Source: Ensifer sp. | GTDB lineage: Bacteria; Pseudomonadota; Alphaproteobacteria; Rhizobiales; Rhizobiaceae | Reading direction: 5' to 3' | NCBI GenBank assembly: GCA_050301895.1 | Contig: JBNKZZ010000001.1 | Location: 34,656 to 98,655, forward strand | DNA length: 64,000 bases | Shown here: in pieces, positions 40,859-52,067 of the stretch | Numbering within the stretch: the stretch's first letter is position 1 | How the letters are laid out: the number at the start of each line of letters is the position of its first letter | Translations under genes and position numbers: made by a program | The notes under the pieces: model-generated | What the model was told of the DNA's origin: nothing | The model's database searches: none | What the model saw: only the letters and a program-made list of their open reading frames with translations

Positions 40859-41385
40859 GGCTGTTTGAGGGTCAATTTAACCGCGATGTCCGCGCGAATC
40901 ATCTCTGCTAGTTCGCGTCCGGCGCGTTCACGGGCATTCAAGACGACGCGTAGTTTGGAAAACTCCTGGTCGGAGTAATCGACAAGAGCCGTCGCACGAC
41001 GTTTTCCAGACAGGAGTGATTGTCCATCGTTTTGAATGAGCGTGTAGTCTGCCGCCAGCGTTATTCGGCCCGCTTGTGCGGTATCCGATGAACTTTCCAG
41101 CAAGACGCCTGTGTCTTCTTCCGTCACATTCATTTTGAGCTGATATGCGGGATTTGATGGATCGCCTGCGCCGCCGGAAAGCAGGAAGACAAGCTGATTG
41201 CGCACGATCTGCGCTGTGCGGTCAGTCGGGGCGTCTACGAGAACGGATTTCAACGATCTATCCGTCTCCGGGCTGCCGTAGAGTGGTCTGACCTGGCAGG
41301 AAGACAGAAAAATCCCGCTGGCGGAGAGCGCCACCAGGCAAACAAAAGAGACAGTTCGATTTGCTGTCTTCTTAGACCACAACAT
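40855..41385 (-). CDS. lptE: LPS-assembly lipoprotein LptE
   Basis: Lipobox FLSSC followed by QVRPLYG; lies between leuS and holA; start overlaps the leuS stop. Confidence 0.85.
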   Translation of the reverse strand: MLWSKKTANRTVSFVCLVALSASGIFLSSCQVRPLYGSPETDRSLKSVLVDAPTDRTAQIVRNQLVFLLSGGAGDPSNPAYQLKMNVTEEDTGVLLESSSDTAQAGRITLAADYTLIQNDGQSLLSGKRRATALVDYSDQEFSKLRVVLNARERAGRELAEMIRADIAVKLTLKQP

Positions 41386-44002
41386 TGATAATCCTCTGTG
41401 GCACCACAATCACCTTCTTAGGCTCGCCGCCACTCAGTGCCGATCTGACGAAATCAAGCTCCAACACCGCTTCCTTGATTGTATCCTGCGAGGCTTCACG
41501 GGCAATTGTCAATTCACCACGTTTCTTGCCGTTTATCTGGACCGGCAAAGTGATGTCCGAATCAACGACCAGGGATGGTTCAAAAGACGGCCATTCTGCT
41601 TCTGCGATCATACCGTCTCGACCGATCACTCTCCAGCACTCTTCAGCCAGGTGGGGCATAATTGGTGCCACCAGATGGACGAGAATGCTGGTTGCGTCGC
41701 GAAGCGCACCCAACATCGGCGCGTCCGCTTTACCCTCTGCAGCCAAGGTCAGTGGAGCAGCAAGAGTATTGAGGAGCTCGTAAATCCGAGCAACTGCCTT
41801 GTTGAAAGCCAACTTGTCGTAATCATTACCGACAGCCTGCAAGGTCTTGTGTGCTGCACGTGAAACGGCCAGCGCATCGCCATCGGTTGCCGGTCTGGCT
41901 TCCACCGTTTTCAAGTTCTGCGCTGCTTCGCCGATAAGGCGCCACATGCGCTGCACAAAGCGATGAGCACCTTCAACACCAGCTTCCGTCCAGATAACAT
42001 CACGATCCGGCGGCGAATCTGAAAGAACAAAAAAGCGTGCTGTATCAGCACCATAAGAGGCAATGATGTCGTCCGGATCCACCACGTTCTTCTTTGACTT
42101 CGACATCTTTTCAATCGAGCCAATTGCAACTTCTTCGCCGGATTCATTCATGTAGGCACGCCGCGCGCCCTCCACTTCCTCAATGCGAATATCTGCAGGT
42201 GCGACCCATTTGCCGTTGGAGCCCTCGCCAAGGCGATAGGTTTCGTGGACCACCATGCCCTGCGTGAATAGGCCCTTGAAAGGCTCCTTGACGTCAAGGT
42301 GACCGGCAATTTGCATGGCGCGGGTGAAGAAGCGCGAGTAGAGCAGATGCAGAATTGCGTGTTCAATACCGCCGATATACTGGTCGACTGGCAACCAGGC
42401 GTTGGCAGCATCAGGCTCGGTTGGATCTGACGCGCGCGGCGCTGTGAAGCGCGCAAAATACCAGCTCGAATCGACAAACGTGTCCATCGTATCAGTTTCG
42501 CGGCGCGCGTCACGACCACATTTTGGGCATGCCACGTGACGCCAGGTTGCATGGCGGTCCAGTGGATTACCGGGCTTGTCGAAGTTGATATCGTCAGGCA
42601 GCTGAACTGGAAGATCATGTTTCGGTACCGGAACAACGCCGCAATCATCGCAGTGAATGACCGGAATTGGGCAACCCCAATAGCGCTGGCGAGAAATACC
42701 CCAGTCACGCAGGCGGAAATTCACTTTGCGTTCGGCCTGCGGTTTTCCACCCAGCTGTTGTGCTGACAGGCGGTTTGCCGCCTCCTCGAAAGCATCAGTG
42801 GTTGAAAGCCCATCCAGGAAGCGTGAATTGATCATGACGCCGTCATCGGCGTAGGCCTCATCGCCAACTTCGAATGTTGCGGCGTCTGCACCTTCCGGCA
42901 TGACAACCGCAGTCACCGGTAGACCATACTTGCGGGCGAAATCGAGATCGCGCTGGTCGCCAGACGGGCAGCCAAAGATTGCACCCGTGCCATAGTCCAT
43001 CAGAACGAAGTTTGCGATATAGACCGGGACTTCCCAGTTTGGATCGAATGGATGACGAACCTTCAGGCCAGTGTCGAAACCCATTTTTTCGGCGGTCTCA
43101 AGTGCTGCAAGCGAAGTTCCTGCGCGTCGGCATTCATCACAGAAAGCTGCGGCCTCTGCATTGGACGCCGCTACATGCTTTGCAAGCGGATGGTCTGCTG
43201 CAATTGCCATGAAGGATGCGCCAAACAGCGTGTCAGGCCGGGTGGTGTAAACCGGCAGTTCTTGAAACTCTTCCGGCAGACCGTCAGATGCAAGTTCCCA
43301 GCGGATCATCAGGCCTTCCGACCGACCGATCCAGTTCTTCTGCATCAAACGGACCTTTTCAGGCCACTCGTTCAATGTATCGAGTGAATCGAGCAGATCC
43401 TGAGAAAAATCGGTGATTTTGAAGAACCACTGAGTGAGTTCGCGTTGTTCAACGAGCGCGCCGGAACGCCAGCCCCGACCATCAATCACCTGCTCATTGG
43501 CAAGAACGGTTTGATCGACCGGATCCCAGTTGACCTTCGCATTCTTGCGGTAGATTAGGCCCTTCTCGAGAAAATCGATGAAGAGATGCTGCTGACGATG
43601 GTAATACTCCACATCACAGGTCGCAAATTCGCGAGACCAGTCAAGTGACAGGCCCATGGATTTGAGCTGACCGCGCATTGTCGCAATGTTTTCGTAAGTC
43701 CACTCCTTGGGATGAACCTTGTTTTGCATCGCCGCATTTTCCGCGGGCATGCCGAATGCGTCCCAACCCATGGGATGGAGTACATTGTAACCGCGGGCGC
43801 GCTTATACCGGGCGACAACATCGCCCATGGCGTAGTTGCGCACATGACCCATGTGGATACGACCGGAAGGATAAGGAAACATCTCAAGCACGTAATACTT
43901 GTCACGCGGGTCGTCATTCTTTGTCTCGAAAGTCGCCTTGTCAGCCCAAGTCTTCTGCCAACGAGGTTCTGCATCGCGTGGATTGTAGCGTTCTATTGCC
44001 AT
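41372..44002 (-). CDS. leuS: Leucine--tRNA ligase
   Basis: MFPYPSG-HMGH (HIGH), KMSKS and [12 protein letters not shown] motifs. Confidence 0.98.
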   Translation of the reverse strand: MAIERYNPRDAEPRWQKTWADKATFETKNDDPRDKYYVLEMFPYPSGRIHMGHVRNYAMGDVVARYKRARGYNVLHPMGWDAFGMPAENAAMQNKVHPKEWTYENIATMRGQLKSMGLSLDWSREFATCDVEYYHRQQHLFIDFLEKGLIYRKNAKVNWDPVDQTVLANEQVIDGRGWRSGALVEQRELTQWFFKITDFSQDLLDSLDTLNEWPEKVRLMQKNWIGRSEGLMIRWELASDGLPEEFQELPVYTTRPDTLFGASFMAIAADHPLAKHVAASNAEAAAFCDECRRAGTSLAALETAEKMGFDTGLKVRHPFDPNWEVPVYIANFVLMDYGTGAIFGCPSGDQRDLDFARKYGLPVTAVVMPEGADAATFEVGDEAYADDGVMINSRFLDGLSTTDAFEEAANRLSAQQLGGKPQAERKVNFRLRDWGISRQRYWGCPIPVIHCDDCGVVPVPKHDLPVQLPDDINFDKPGNPLDRHATWRHVACPKCGRDARRETDTMDTFVDSSWYFARFTAPRASDPTEPDAANAWLPVDQYIGGIEHAILHLLYSRFFTRAMQIAGHLDVKEPFKGLFTQGMVVHETYRLGEGSNGKWVAPADIRIEEVEGARRAYMNESGEEVAIGSIEKMSKSKKNVVDPDDIIASYGADTARFFVLSDSPPDRDVIWTEAGVEGAHRFVQRMWRLIGEAAQNLKTVEARPATDGDALAVSRAAHKTLQAVGNDYDKLAFNKAVARIYELLNTLAAPLTLAAEGKADAPMLGALRDATSILVHLVAPIMPHLAEECWRVIGRDGMIAEAEWPSFEPSLVVDSDITLPVQINGKKRGELTIAREASQDTIKEAVLELDFVRSALSGGEPKKVIVVPQRIINVVV

Positions 44003-44163
44003 TTCTTCTGTCCGGATCAGCACTTAAGTGGGAATTCGCGCCGACCTTCACCATGAATTGCCCGAAGCGTCAAGGTTTTCAGCTCTGCTCGCGACCTTGG
44101 GCTTGGAATTTTGGGCGAAATGCGAATAAACAGGGCCAACGAATTGGCTGAGGTGAATGCAAC

Positions 44164-44823
44164 ATGTCCTTGATAGACCGCCTGACCGGCGTCCTGAACA
44201 GAATTGAAAACGCGTGCCAGTATGCTTCCCGCCAGCGCGAAACAGTCTCACTTGTCGCGGTTTCCAAGACATTTGCTGCCGAGGATATCCGTCCAGCCCT
44301 TCTCGCCGGGCAACGAGCATTTGGCGAAAACCGTGTTCAGGAGGCCAAGAGTAAGTGGCCGGATCTAAAAGCCGAATATTCTGGCGTGGAACTCCACCTC
44401 ATTGGCCCTTTGCAATCCAACAAGGCGGGTGAAGCCGTTGAGCTCTTCGATGTCATAGAGACGGTCGATCGGGAGAAGATTGCACGAGCCATAGCGGCAG
44501 AAATGGAAAAGCAACAAAAGACATTGAAGCTTTATGTTCAGGTCAATACCGGGCTGGAGCCTCAGAAGGCCGGAATCGCACCCGACGAAACACCCGCATT
44601 CGTTGATTTTTGCCGGCGCGATCTGAACTTGAAGATCGAGGGTCTGATGTGCATTCCGCCAGCGGATGAGAATCCCGGTCCCCACTTCGCGCTTCTGGCC
44701 AAACTCGCCCAGGCGTGCGATCTGGAGAAACTTTCGATGGGCATGTCTGGTGATTTTGAAACCGCAATCGAGTTTGGTGCGACGAGCGTTCGTGTGGGAT
44801 CGGCAATATTTGGCGAACGTTAA
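44164..44823 (+). CDS. yggS: PLP homeostasis protein YggS
   Basis: VAVSKT, FGENRVQE, IGPLQSNK and LSMGMSGD motifs. Confidence 0.96.
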   Translation: MSLIDRLTGVLNRIENACQYASRQRETVSLVAVSKTFAAEDIRPALLAGQRAFGENRVQEAKSKWPDLKAEYSGVELHLIGPLQSNKAGEAVELFDVIETVDREKIARAIAAEMEKQQKTLKLYVQVNTGLEPQKAGIAPDETPAFVDFCRRDLNLKIEGLMCIPPADENPGPHFALLAKLAQACDLEKLSMGMSGDFETAIEFGATSVRVGSAIFGER

Positions 44824-45067
44824 GGCTGCGTCGCCTTGCATTTGTCAATTCCGACGCTGATTTGGGAGCTTTCTTTAGGCTTTCGTCGGGGTTCACGAAC
44901 CCAATTTTTAGATAGTATTCTCCGCAACCATTGAGCCGCTTGGAGGAAGGCGGCTTTCAGCACGTGTAGGCCGTCCAAAAAATCGGTGAACGTACTGAGG
45001 TTTCGCACAGCTCTGCGGGCAACACTATGTTGCCCTGCAATGCAGCTGCGCCAGGGAGGATAATGTT

Positions 45068-46987
45068 ATGTCTGGTGAATATCGGCGTGTTTATGACGAC
45101 TGGAAGTCTGATCCGCAGGCTTTTTGGGGCCGTGAGGCCAAAAATCTGTTCTGGTTTGAAGAACCAAAGACAATCTTCGATGCTAATCAGGGCGTGTATG
45201 GGCGCTGGTTTGCCGATGGTGTCACGAATACGTGCTACAATGCGGTTGACCGCCATGTGGAGGCTGGCAGGGGCGACCAGGCTGCTATCCACTATGAAAG
45301 CCCCGTAACGGGCAAAGCACGCAGCTATAGCTATGCAGAGCTGCTGGATGAGGTTTCGGCGGTCGCGTCAGTGCTAAAGTCGTTGGGCGTGGAAAAAGGT
45401 GATCGCGTTATCATCTACATGCCTATGATTCCCGAAGCTGTCTTTTCCATGCTGGCTTGTGCGCGCATCGGAGCGATCCACTCTGTTGTCTTTGGTGGCT
45501 TTGCGGCCCATGAGCTGGCAACGCGTATTGATGACAGCGAAGCGAAGCTGGTCATTGCAGCAAGTTGCGGCATGGAGCCAAATCGGGTCGTGCCCTACAA
45601 GCCACTGCTTGATGAGGCTGTGCGCCAAGCCAAACACAAGCCGAAAAACTGCCTTGTGCTGGAACGCGAAGAGCACCCCTATGATCTCATCGAAGGTCAG
45701 GATGTCGACTTTGCAGAAGCTGTGGCTTCGCACAAGGGCGAAGCCTGCGCGTGCGTGCCGGTGAAGGCGACCGACCCGCTCTATATTCTCTACACATCCG
45801 GTACCACCGGCGCGCCGAAGGGTGTTGTGCGTGACAATGGCGGCCATATGGCAGCGCTTCAGTGGAGTATGGAGAACATCTACGGGGTAAAGCCCGGCGA
45901 GGTCTTCTGGGCAGCGTCCGATATCGGCTGGGTCGTGGGTCACTCATATATTGTCTATGGACCGCTGCTGGCGGGCAATACGACAGTCCTTTTTGAGGGC
46001 AAGCCTGTAGGAACGCCGGATGCGGGAACTTTCTGGCGGATTATTAACAAGCACAAAGTGACCGCACTCTTCACCGCGCCGACTGCATTCCGCGCCATCC
46101 GCAAGGAAGACCCGGAAGGCAAGTTCATCGCGGAAAATCCGATGCCAACATTGCGGGCTCTCTTCCTGGCGGGTGAACGTGCCGATCCCGACACCATAAA
46201 ATGGGCGGAAGAGAAGCTTGATGTTCCGGTTATCGACCATTGGTGGCAAACAGAAACCGGCTGGACAATCGCCGGGAACCCGACTGGCATTGAAATGCTG
46301 CCGATCAAATATGGCTCGCCAACGGTTGCAATGCCCGGTTACGACATCCAGGTGCTGGATGATGCAGGCCATCCGGTCTCTGCAGGAACTTTGGGCAATA
46401 TCGTTGTGAAGCTGCCCATGCCCCCAGGCTCGTTGCCGACGTTCTGGAACGCAGAGCAACGCTTCCGCGATACATGCCTCGCGGAATTTCCCGGCTATTA
46501 CAAGACAGCCGATGCGGGTTATGTCGATGAAGACGGATACCTCTTTATCATGGCCCGCACAGACGACATCATCAATGTCGCAGGTCACCGTCTTTCAACG
46601 GGCGGTATGGAAGAGGTGTGCGCAACCCATCCCGATGTGGCCGAATGCGCCGTTATTGGCGTGGCCGACCAATTGAAAGGCCAGCTGCCTTTCGGCTTCC
46701 TCGTACTCAACAGCGGTGTGACCAAGGATCCCGCTGAAATTGAGCGGGAGGTTGTGGGTCTTGTGCGTCAGGAAATAGGCCCGGTAGCGGCCTTCAAGCT
46801 GGTGGTTTGCGTTTCGCGTCTTCCCAAGACCCGTTCGGGCAAAATTCTGCGTGGCACGATGCAGAAGATTGCTGATGAGATGGACTGGAAGATGCCGGCA
46901 ACGATTGATGACCCGGCGGTTCTGGATGAGATTGCCGTCGCACTCAAATCCCGTGGGTATGCTGGCGGAGAGATGAAGGCCGGCTAA
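45068..46987 (+). CDS. prpE: Propionyl-CoA synthetase (acetate/propionate-CoA ligase family)
   Basis: YTSGTTGAPKGVVRDNGG, DHWWQTETG and [11 protein letters not shown] motifs. Confidence 0.85.
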   Translation: MSGEYRRVYDDWKSDPQAFWGREAKNLFWFEEPKTIFDANQGVYGRWFADGVTNTCYNAVDRHVEAGRGDQAAIHYESPVTGKARSYSYAELLDEVSAVASVLKSLGVEKGDRVIIYMPMIPEAVFSMLACARIGAIHSVVFGGFAAHELATRIDDSEAKLVIAASCGMEPNRVVPYKPLLDEAVRQAKHKPKNCLVLEREEHPYDLIEGQDVDFAEAVASHKGEACACVPVKATDPLYILYTSGTTGAPKGVVRDNGGHMAALQWSMENIYGVKPGEVFWAASDIGWVVGHSYIVYGPLLAGNTTVLFEGKPVGTPDAGTFWRIINKHKVTALFTAPTAFRAIRKEDPEGKFIAENPMPTLRALFLAGERADPDTIKWAEEKLDVPVIDHWWQTETGWTIAGNPTGIEMLPIKYGSPTVAMPGYDIQVLDDAGHPVSAGTLGNIVVKLPMPPGSLPTFWNAEQRFRDTCLAEFPGYYKTADAGYVDEDGYLFIMARTDDIINVAGHRLSTGGMEEVCATHPDVAECAVIGVADQLKGQLPFGFLVLNSGVTKDPAEIEREVVGLVRQEIGPVAAFKLVVCVSRLPKTRSGKILRGTMQKIADEMDWKMPATIDDPAVLDEIAVALKSRGYAGGEMKAG

Positions 46988-47009
46988 TAGGTGTCTCTAC
47001 AAACAAAAG

Positions 47010-47038
47010 AAAAGGGCGGCCTGAGAGCCGCCCTTTTT
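47010..47038. terminator. Bidirectional terminator between prpE and trcR
   Basis: AAAAGGGCGGC-CTGAGA-GCCGCCCTTTTT. Confidence 0.85.
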
Positions 47039-47059
47039 GATTCAATCTTTTGGCCAAGC

Positions 47060-47743
47060 CTATTCTTGCTCGTCGCTCTCATCAGAGGACTTCAGAGACT
47101 TCAACTTTGCAAAAACGGCATCCGCGTCGATTTCCGCTTCTTCTTCCTCGTAGCCGTAGCCTTGAGTTTCTGCAGCGGGTTGCAGTGTCTGATCAAGTTC
47201 AGCTTCTGTTGGAAGCGGGCGATCCTTGGCGGCCTTTTCCACTTCCAGGTCAAGATCGATCTGTGTGCAAAGACCAAGTGTTACCGGGTCCATGGCAACC
47301 AGATTGGCTGAGTTCCAGTGTGTGCGATTACGGATCTGCTCGATGGTGGACTTCGTGGTGCCAACGAGGCGCGAAATCTGCGCGTCCTTGAGTTCCGGGT
47401 GATTGCGGACCAGCCAGAAAATGGCGTTTGGTCGATCCTGACGCTTGGAAACCGGCGTGTAGCGCGGGCCGCGGCGCTTTGATTCGGGCACACGAACCTT
47501 TGGTTCGGAAAGCTTCAGCTTGTAGTTCGGATCGGCTTCAGCGCGGGCAATTTCCTCGCGCGAGAGCTGTCCGGTGTTAATCGGATCGAGACCTTTGATA
47601 CCCTGCGCACTTTCGCCGTCGGCAATAGCCTTCACTTCAAGCGGGTGCAGCTTGCAGAACTGAGCGATCTGGTCGAAAGACAGGGCAGTGTTGTCAACGA
47701 GCCATACGGCTGTTGCCTTGGGCATGAGCAGCTGTTGTGCCAT
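47060..47743 (-). CDS. trcR: DUF1013 family protein (TrcR-like cell-cycle transcription factor)
   Basis: LMPKATAVWLVDNTALSF and RYTPVSKRQDRP motifs; acidic tail. Confidence 0.88.
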   Translation of the reverse strand: MAQQLLMPKATAVWLVDNTALSFDQIAQFCKLHPLEVKAIADGESAQGIKGLDPINTGQLSREEIARAEADPNYKLKLSEPKVRVPESKRRGPRYTPVSKRQDRPNAIFWLVRNHPELKDAQISRLVGTTKSTIEQIRNRTHWNSANLVAMDPVTLGLCTQIDLDLEVEKAAKDRPLPTEAELDQTLQPAAETQGYGYEEEEAEIDADAVFAKLKSLKSSDESDEQE

Positions 47744-47962
47744 GGGTATAGTCCTCTTGTCCGTCCGCGCCGGTGTCGCGGGCCGTGGTGTTACCACTAT
47801 CATTTCCGGGAAAGCAGGTTTCTATAACCGCACTGGCGCAGAATTGCAATTGTCGCTTCGCACTAATGACCAAAGTTGCATTGAAGAGGCGCAAAATATT
47901 GATAAAACAGGACGGGACAGGCGGGAGGAGAAGCCGCCGATGGCGTAAAGCGGAGGAATTTC

Positions 47963-49909
47963 ATGTCACAGGTTTACCCGGTATTGAGCGCGGCCAAGAA
48001 ACGTGCGCTTATCGACAATGAGAAATACTTGAAGTGGTATGAGGAGAGCGTTTCCAACCCGGAGAAATTCTGGGCAAAGCACGGCAAGCGCATCGACTGG
48101 TTCAAACCTTATACCAAGGTCAAAAACACCTCGTTCAAAGGAAAAGTGTCCATCAAGTGGTTTGAGGACGGCGTCACCAACGTATCCTATAACTGCATTG
48201 ACCGGCATTTGGCTAAGCGCGGCGATCAGGTGGCGATCATTTGGGAAGGTGACAACCCCTATGATGACAAGAAGGTCACTTATAACGAGCTTTATCATGA
48301 GGTTACGCGTCTTGCTAACGTGCTCAAGCGTAATGGTGTGAAGAAAGGTGACCGTGTCACAATCTACATGCCGATGATCGTGGAAGCAGCCTATGCGATG
48401 CTGGCCTGCACCCGTATCGGGGCGATTCATTCAATTGTTTTTGGTGGCTTTTCTCCCGATGCGCTTGCCGGCCGCATTGTCGACTGCCAGTCGACATTTA
48501 TCATTACCGCAGACGAGGGTCTTCGTGGTGGCAAGACTGTACCACTGAAGCATAATACAGATCTGGCAATCGAGATTGCCGAGCGTCAGGGTGTTGAAGT
48601 CAAGAACGTGCTTGTGGTGCGCCGCACGGGTGGGAAGACGGAGTGGTTCGAGAACCGCGACATCTGGTATCACGAGGCTGTGCGCGCAGAGAAGCCGGAA
48701 TGCAAGCCTGCCAATATGAAGGCTGAAGATCCACTTTTCATCCTCTACACATCGGGTTCAACCGGCAAGCCAAAGGGTGTTTTGCATACGACGGGTGGTT
48801 ATCTTGTCTACGCGTCCATGACGCACGAATATGTGTTCGATTACCATGAAGGCGATATCTACTGGTGCACAGCGGATGTGGGCTGGGTCACCGGCCACTC
48901 CTATATCGTCTACGGACCGCTGGCGAATGGTGCCACAACATTGATGTTTGAAGGCGTTCCGAATTATCCCAACGCTGGCCGCTTCTGGGATGTTGTCGAT
49001 AAGCACAACGTCAATATCTTCTACACGGCACCAACTGCCATCCGCGCCTTGATGGGCGCTGGCGATGATTTCGTGAAGCGCTATTCTCGCTCATCGCTCA
49101 GAACACTTGGTTCTGTTGGTGAGCCGATCAATCCCGAAGCCTGGGAATGGTATTACAATGTGGTGGGCGACCAGAAATGCCCGATTGTTGATACCTGGTG
49201 GCAGACCGAAACCGGCGGTATTCTGATTACACCACTGCCCGGTGCCACCGACCTCAAGCCTGGCTCCGCGACACGCCCGTTCTTCGGTGTGCAGCCGCAG
49301 CTGGTGGGTAACGAAGGCGAGGTGCTGGAAGGCGCTACCGATGGCAATCTCTGCATCACCGATTCATGGCCTGGTCAGATGCGAACTGTTTATGGTGATC
49401 ATGAGCGGTTCGTGCAGACCTATTTCTCCACCTATAAGGGGAAATATTTCACAGGCGACGGCTGCCGCCGTGATGAGGATGGTTACTATTGGATCACCGG
49501 TCGAGTGGACGATGTGATCAACGTGTCCGGGCACCGAATGGGGACTGCAGAAGTGGAATCGGCACTGGTTTCCCACGATTCCGTGTCGGAAGCTGCGGTT
49601 GTCGGCTACCCCCATGATGTGAAAGGGCAGGGCATCTATTGCTATGTCACGCTGATGGAAGGCCAGGAGGGGTCTGACGATCTTCGTAAGGCTCTGGTGA
49701 CCCATGTTCGCAAAGAGATTGGTCCTATTGCTTCGCCGGATAAAATCCAGTTCGCACCGGGCCTGCCAAAAACCCGTTCGGGCAAGATCATGCGCCGGAT
49801 TCTGCGTAAGATCGCGGAAGATGATTTCGGTTCATTGGGTGACACATCAACATTGGCTGATCCGACAGTGGTTGATGATCTGATCGAGAATCGTCAGAAC
49901 AAGAAATAA
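47963..49909 (+). CDS. acs: Acetyl-CoA synthetase
   Basis: [21 protein letters not shown] and [12 protein letters not shown] motifs. Confidence 0.97.
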   Translation: MSQVYPVLSAAKKRALIDNEKYLKWYEESVSNPEKFWAKHGKRIDWFKPYTKVKNTSFKGKVSIKWFEDGVTNVSYNCIDRHLAKRGDQVAIIWEGDNPYDDKKVTYNELYHEVTRLANVLKRNGVKKGDRVTIYMPMIVEAAYAMLACTRIGAIHSIVFGGFSPDALAGRIVDCQSTFIITADEGLRGGKTVPLKHNTDLAIEIAERQGVEVKNVLVVRRTGGKTEWFENRDIWYHEAVRAEKPECKPANMKAEDPLFILYTSGSTGKPKGVLHTTGGYLVYASMTHEYVFDYHEGDIYWCTADVGWVTGHSYIVYGPLANGATTLMFEGVPNYPNAGRFWDVVDKHNVNIFYTAPTAIRALMGAGDDFVKRYSRSSLRTLGSVGEPINPEAWEWYYNVVGDQKCPIVDTWWQTETGGILITPLPGATDLKPGSATRPFFGVQPQLVGNEGEVLEGATDGNLCITDSWPGQMRTVYGDHERFVQTYFSTYKGKYFTGDGCRRDEDGYYWITGRVDDVINVSGHRMGTAEVESALVSHDSVSEAAVVGYPHDVKGQGIYCYVTLMEGQEGSDDLRKALVTHVRKEIGPIASPDKIQFAPGLPKTRSGKIMRRILRKIAEDDFGSLGDTSTLADPTVVDDLIENRQNKK

Positions 49910-49935
49910 GCCGAGAACATTCGGCTTTGAGATGG

Positions 49936-49962
49936 AGGCCCGGTTTTTGACCGGGCCTTTTT
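49936..49962 (+). terminator. Terminator after acs
   Basis: AGGCCCGGT-TTTTG-ACCGGGCCTTTTT. Confidence 0.8.
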
Positions 49963-49965
49963 GTT

Positions 49966-50211
49966 TCAGCAACCTATCTGGCGGCGAATTGCGTTTACCT
50001 GTTTCACTGAGCGGCAGACGTTTTCACAAGGAATTCCATCGTTGTCGCCATCTGCGCGACTGTAGCCATTGCACCAAAGAATAACGGCCTCCTCGCAGGA
50101 ATTGACTTGTTTGCAGGTCATGCGGGCTTCCTCGTAGGGAACGAGAGATGAAGATGCTGCCTGAGATGGCAGCACAGCAAGAATCAAAGCTGTCAGGATT
50201 GCAGGCCGCAT
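49966..50211 (-). CDS. Secreted Excalibur calcium-binding domain protein
   Basis: Signal peptide MRPAILTALILAVLPSQAA; C..V.SCEEA and DGDNDGIPCE (DxDxDG-x-CE); GGGAGG RBS. Confidence 0.85.
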   Translation of the reverse strand: MRPAILTALILAVLPSQAASSSLVPYEEARMTCKQVNSCEEAVILWCNGYSRADGDNDGIPCENVCRSVKQVNAIRRQIGC

Positions 50212-50284
50212 GATTTCCTCCCATGAGTAACTCATGGACTAGGCAAAGCGCTGCAAAGTCAACCAACCACTCGCAACCTGGAGT

Positions 50285-50755
50285 TCATTTGACAGCACAA
50301 TCTGCTGGTTTGTTTCGCCTGCCGCCGGAATAGGCCCGCACCAGCCCCGCTGCCAAGAGCTGGCTTGCCGAATCGTGTCCGTCCTCATCGGCCAGATCCG
50401 CAAGAACACGGCCAAAATATTTTCCGCCCGATACATTGGTAAGCGAAACCATACGAATTCCCGAGAGAATGCCTTCCAGTGCCCGTCGCGCGGAATTGCC
50501 CCGCCGTCTCTCCGCCTCGCAACGAGAGTGTATTTCCGGTGCATCGATGCCGCGCAACCGAACTTTGACGGTCACAGCCTGTTGCGGCCAAGGAAAGGCG
50601 CGCACCTCGACCGTATCACCATCAATGACGCGAAGGATCTCCGCCTGTACGGGCCCCTCAATCCAGAAGCCCGGCGCGCGCGTATTTGCAAACGAAGGCG
50701 TGATGGCGGAAAATATTCCGATAATTGCAACGAATATCGATAGATTCCTAATCAT
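50285..50755 (-). CDS. Secreted thermonuclease (SNase-like)
   Basis: Signal peptide; VIDGDT, VRLRGIDAPE and KYFGRVLA motifs. Confidence 0.92.
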   Translation of the reverse strand: MIRNLSIFVAIIGIFSAITPSFANTRAPGFWIEGPVQAEILRVIDGDTVEVRAFPWPQQAVTVKVRLRGIDAPEIHSRCEAERRRGNSARRALEGILSGIRMVSLTNVSGGKYFGRVLADLADEDGHDSASQLLAAGLVRAYSGGRRNKPADCAVK

Positions 50756-50808
50756 GTAAGGAATATATTCACTAATTGCGGTGCAATCAATAGGAATAAT
50801 TACACATC

Positions 50809-51024
50809 TTAGAAATCGATTGCGCGGCCTTTGATTTCCCAGTCACCATAGCGTGCCGGATCTTCACCACCACGACCGCCAATTTCCTTTGGCATGTCCT
50901 GTTGCTTTACAGCCTTTCGCCGCTCTTCGGCTTCCGCCAACGCGCGCATTGCTGCCGGGCTTAACACCTTTTTCGGCAATTCGTCTCCATTGCTGTCTGC
51001 AGGTGTTTCATCTGCCATCGTCAT
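50809..51024 (-). CDS. DUF1674 family protein (SDHAF4-like)
   Basis: RALAEAEERR and EIGGRGGEDPARYGDWEIKGRAIDF motifs. Confidence 0.92.
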   Translation of the reverse strand: MTMADETPADSNGDELPKKVLSPAAMRALAEAEERRKAVKQQDMPKEIGGRGGEDPARYGDWEIKGRAIDF

Positions 51025-51111
51025 ACCGCCATATTGAAGTCATCCGGGTCGATACCCATCATATAAACAACAGGACGCGCTGATAACAGGGGTTTTGCCA
51101 GGAGATTGATG

Positions 51112-52065
51112 ATGAATACATTGCGGACTGCCATGTTGTTGGCATTCATGACCGCGCTCTTCATGGGCGTTGGATACATGATTGGCGGAAAAGGCGGGAT
51201 GACAATCGCGTTCGTAATTGCCGCGGCGATGAACTTGTTTTCCTGGTGGAACTCCGGGGACATGGTGCTGCGGATGCATCATGCCCAGCAAGTGGATGAA
51301 ACCTCCGCGCCGGAATATTACGGTCTGGTGAGGGAGCTGGCCGAAAAGGCAGGTCTGCCCATGCCACGTGTCTTTGTGCTGAATTCGGACCAGCCAAATG
51401 CGTTTGCAACCGGTCGAAATCCGGAAAACGCGGCTGTTGCGGCCTCCAGGGGCCTCTTGAACCGACTGTCATATGAAGAGGTTGCCGGTGTTATGGCTCA
51501 TGAGTTGGCCCATATCGAACACCGCGATACTTTGACGATGACGGTCACGGCGACACTTGCCGGTGCAATCTCCATGCTGGGCAATTTTGCCTTCTTCTTC
51601 GGCGGTCGGCGGAATGAAAACAATCCCTTTGGTTTTGTCGGCGTTTTGGTCGCCATGATCGTTGCGCCATTTGCAGCTATGTTGGTGCAAATGGCAATCA
51701 GCCGGACACGGGAATATGAGGCCGATCGCCGCGGGGCGGAAATATGCGGCAACCCGCTTTCCCTGGCTTCGGCATTGAAAAAGATCGAGAATTATGCGCG
51801 CGGTATCGTCAATGATGACGCTGAAGCGAGCCCGGCGACGGCCCATATGTTCATCATCAATCCACTTTCAGGCAGACGCGGTGACAGCCTTTTCTCAACC
51901 CATCCGGATACGGCCAATCGCATCGCAGCGCTGGAAGAAATGGCGCGCCTCGCAGCGGAAGCCTCGACGGAACCTGTCAGGCCTGCTAAGGCGGCACGAA
52001 AATCACGTTCTGTGCCGAATGTAAAATGGGGTCGGGGCGGTGATGAATCACCCAAAGGACCCTAG
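51112..52065 (+). CDS. htpX: Zinc metalloprotease HtpX
   Basis: [24 protein letters not shown] and FSTHP motifs. Confidence 0.96.
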   Translation: MNTLRTAMLLAFMTALFMGVGYMIGGKGGMTIAFVIAAAMNLFSWWNSGDMVLRMHHAQQVDETSAPEYYGLVRELAEKAGLPMPRVFVLNSDQPNAFATGRNPENAAVAASRGLLNRLSYEEVAGVMAHELAHIEHRDTLTMTVTATLAGAISMLGNFAFFFGGRRNENNPFGFVGVLVAMIVAPFAAMLVQMAISRTREYEADRRGAEICGNPLSLASALKKIENYARGIVNDDAEASPATAHMFIINPLSGRRGDSLFSTHPDTANRIAALEEMARLAAEASTEPVRPAKAARKSRSVPNVKWGRGGDESPKGP

Positions 52066-52067
52066 AC

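Noticed and set aside
41852-41867. TGCTGCACGTGAAACG in leuS, resembling parS
   Set aside because: Three mismatches with one broken half-site; explainable by the coding sequence
49625-49632. KOPS-like GGGCAGGG in acs
   Set aside because: A single occurrence is uninformative without a genome-wide count
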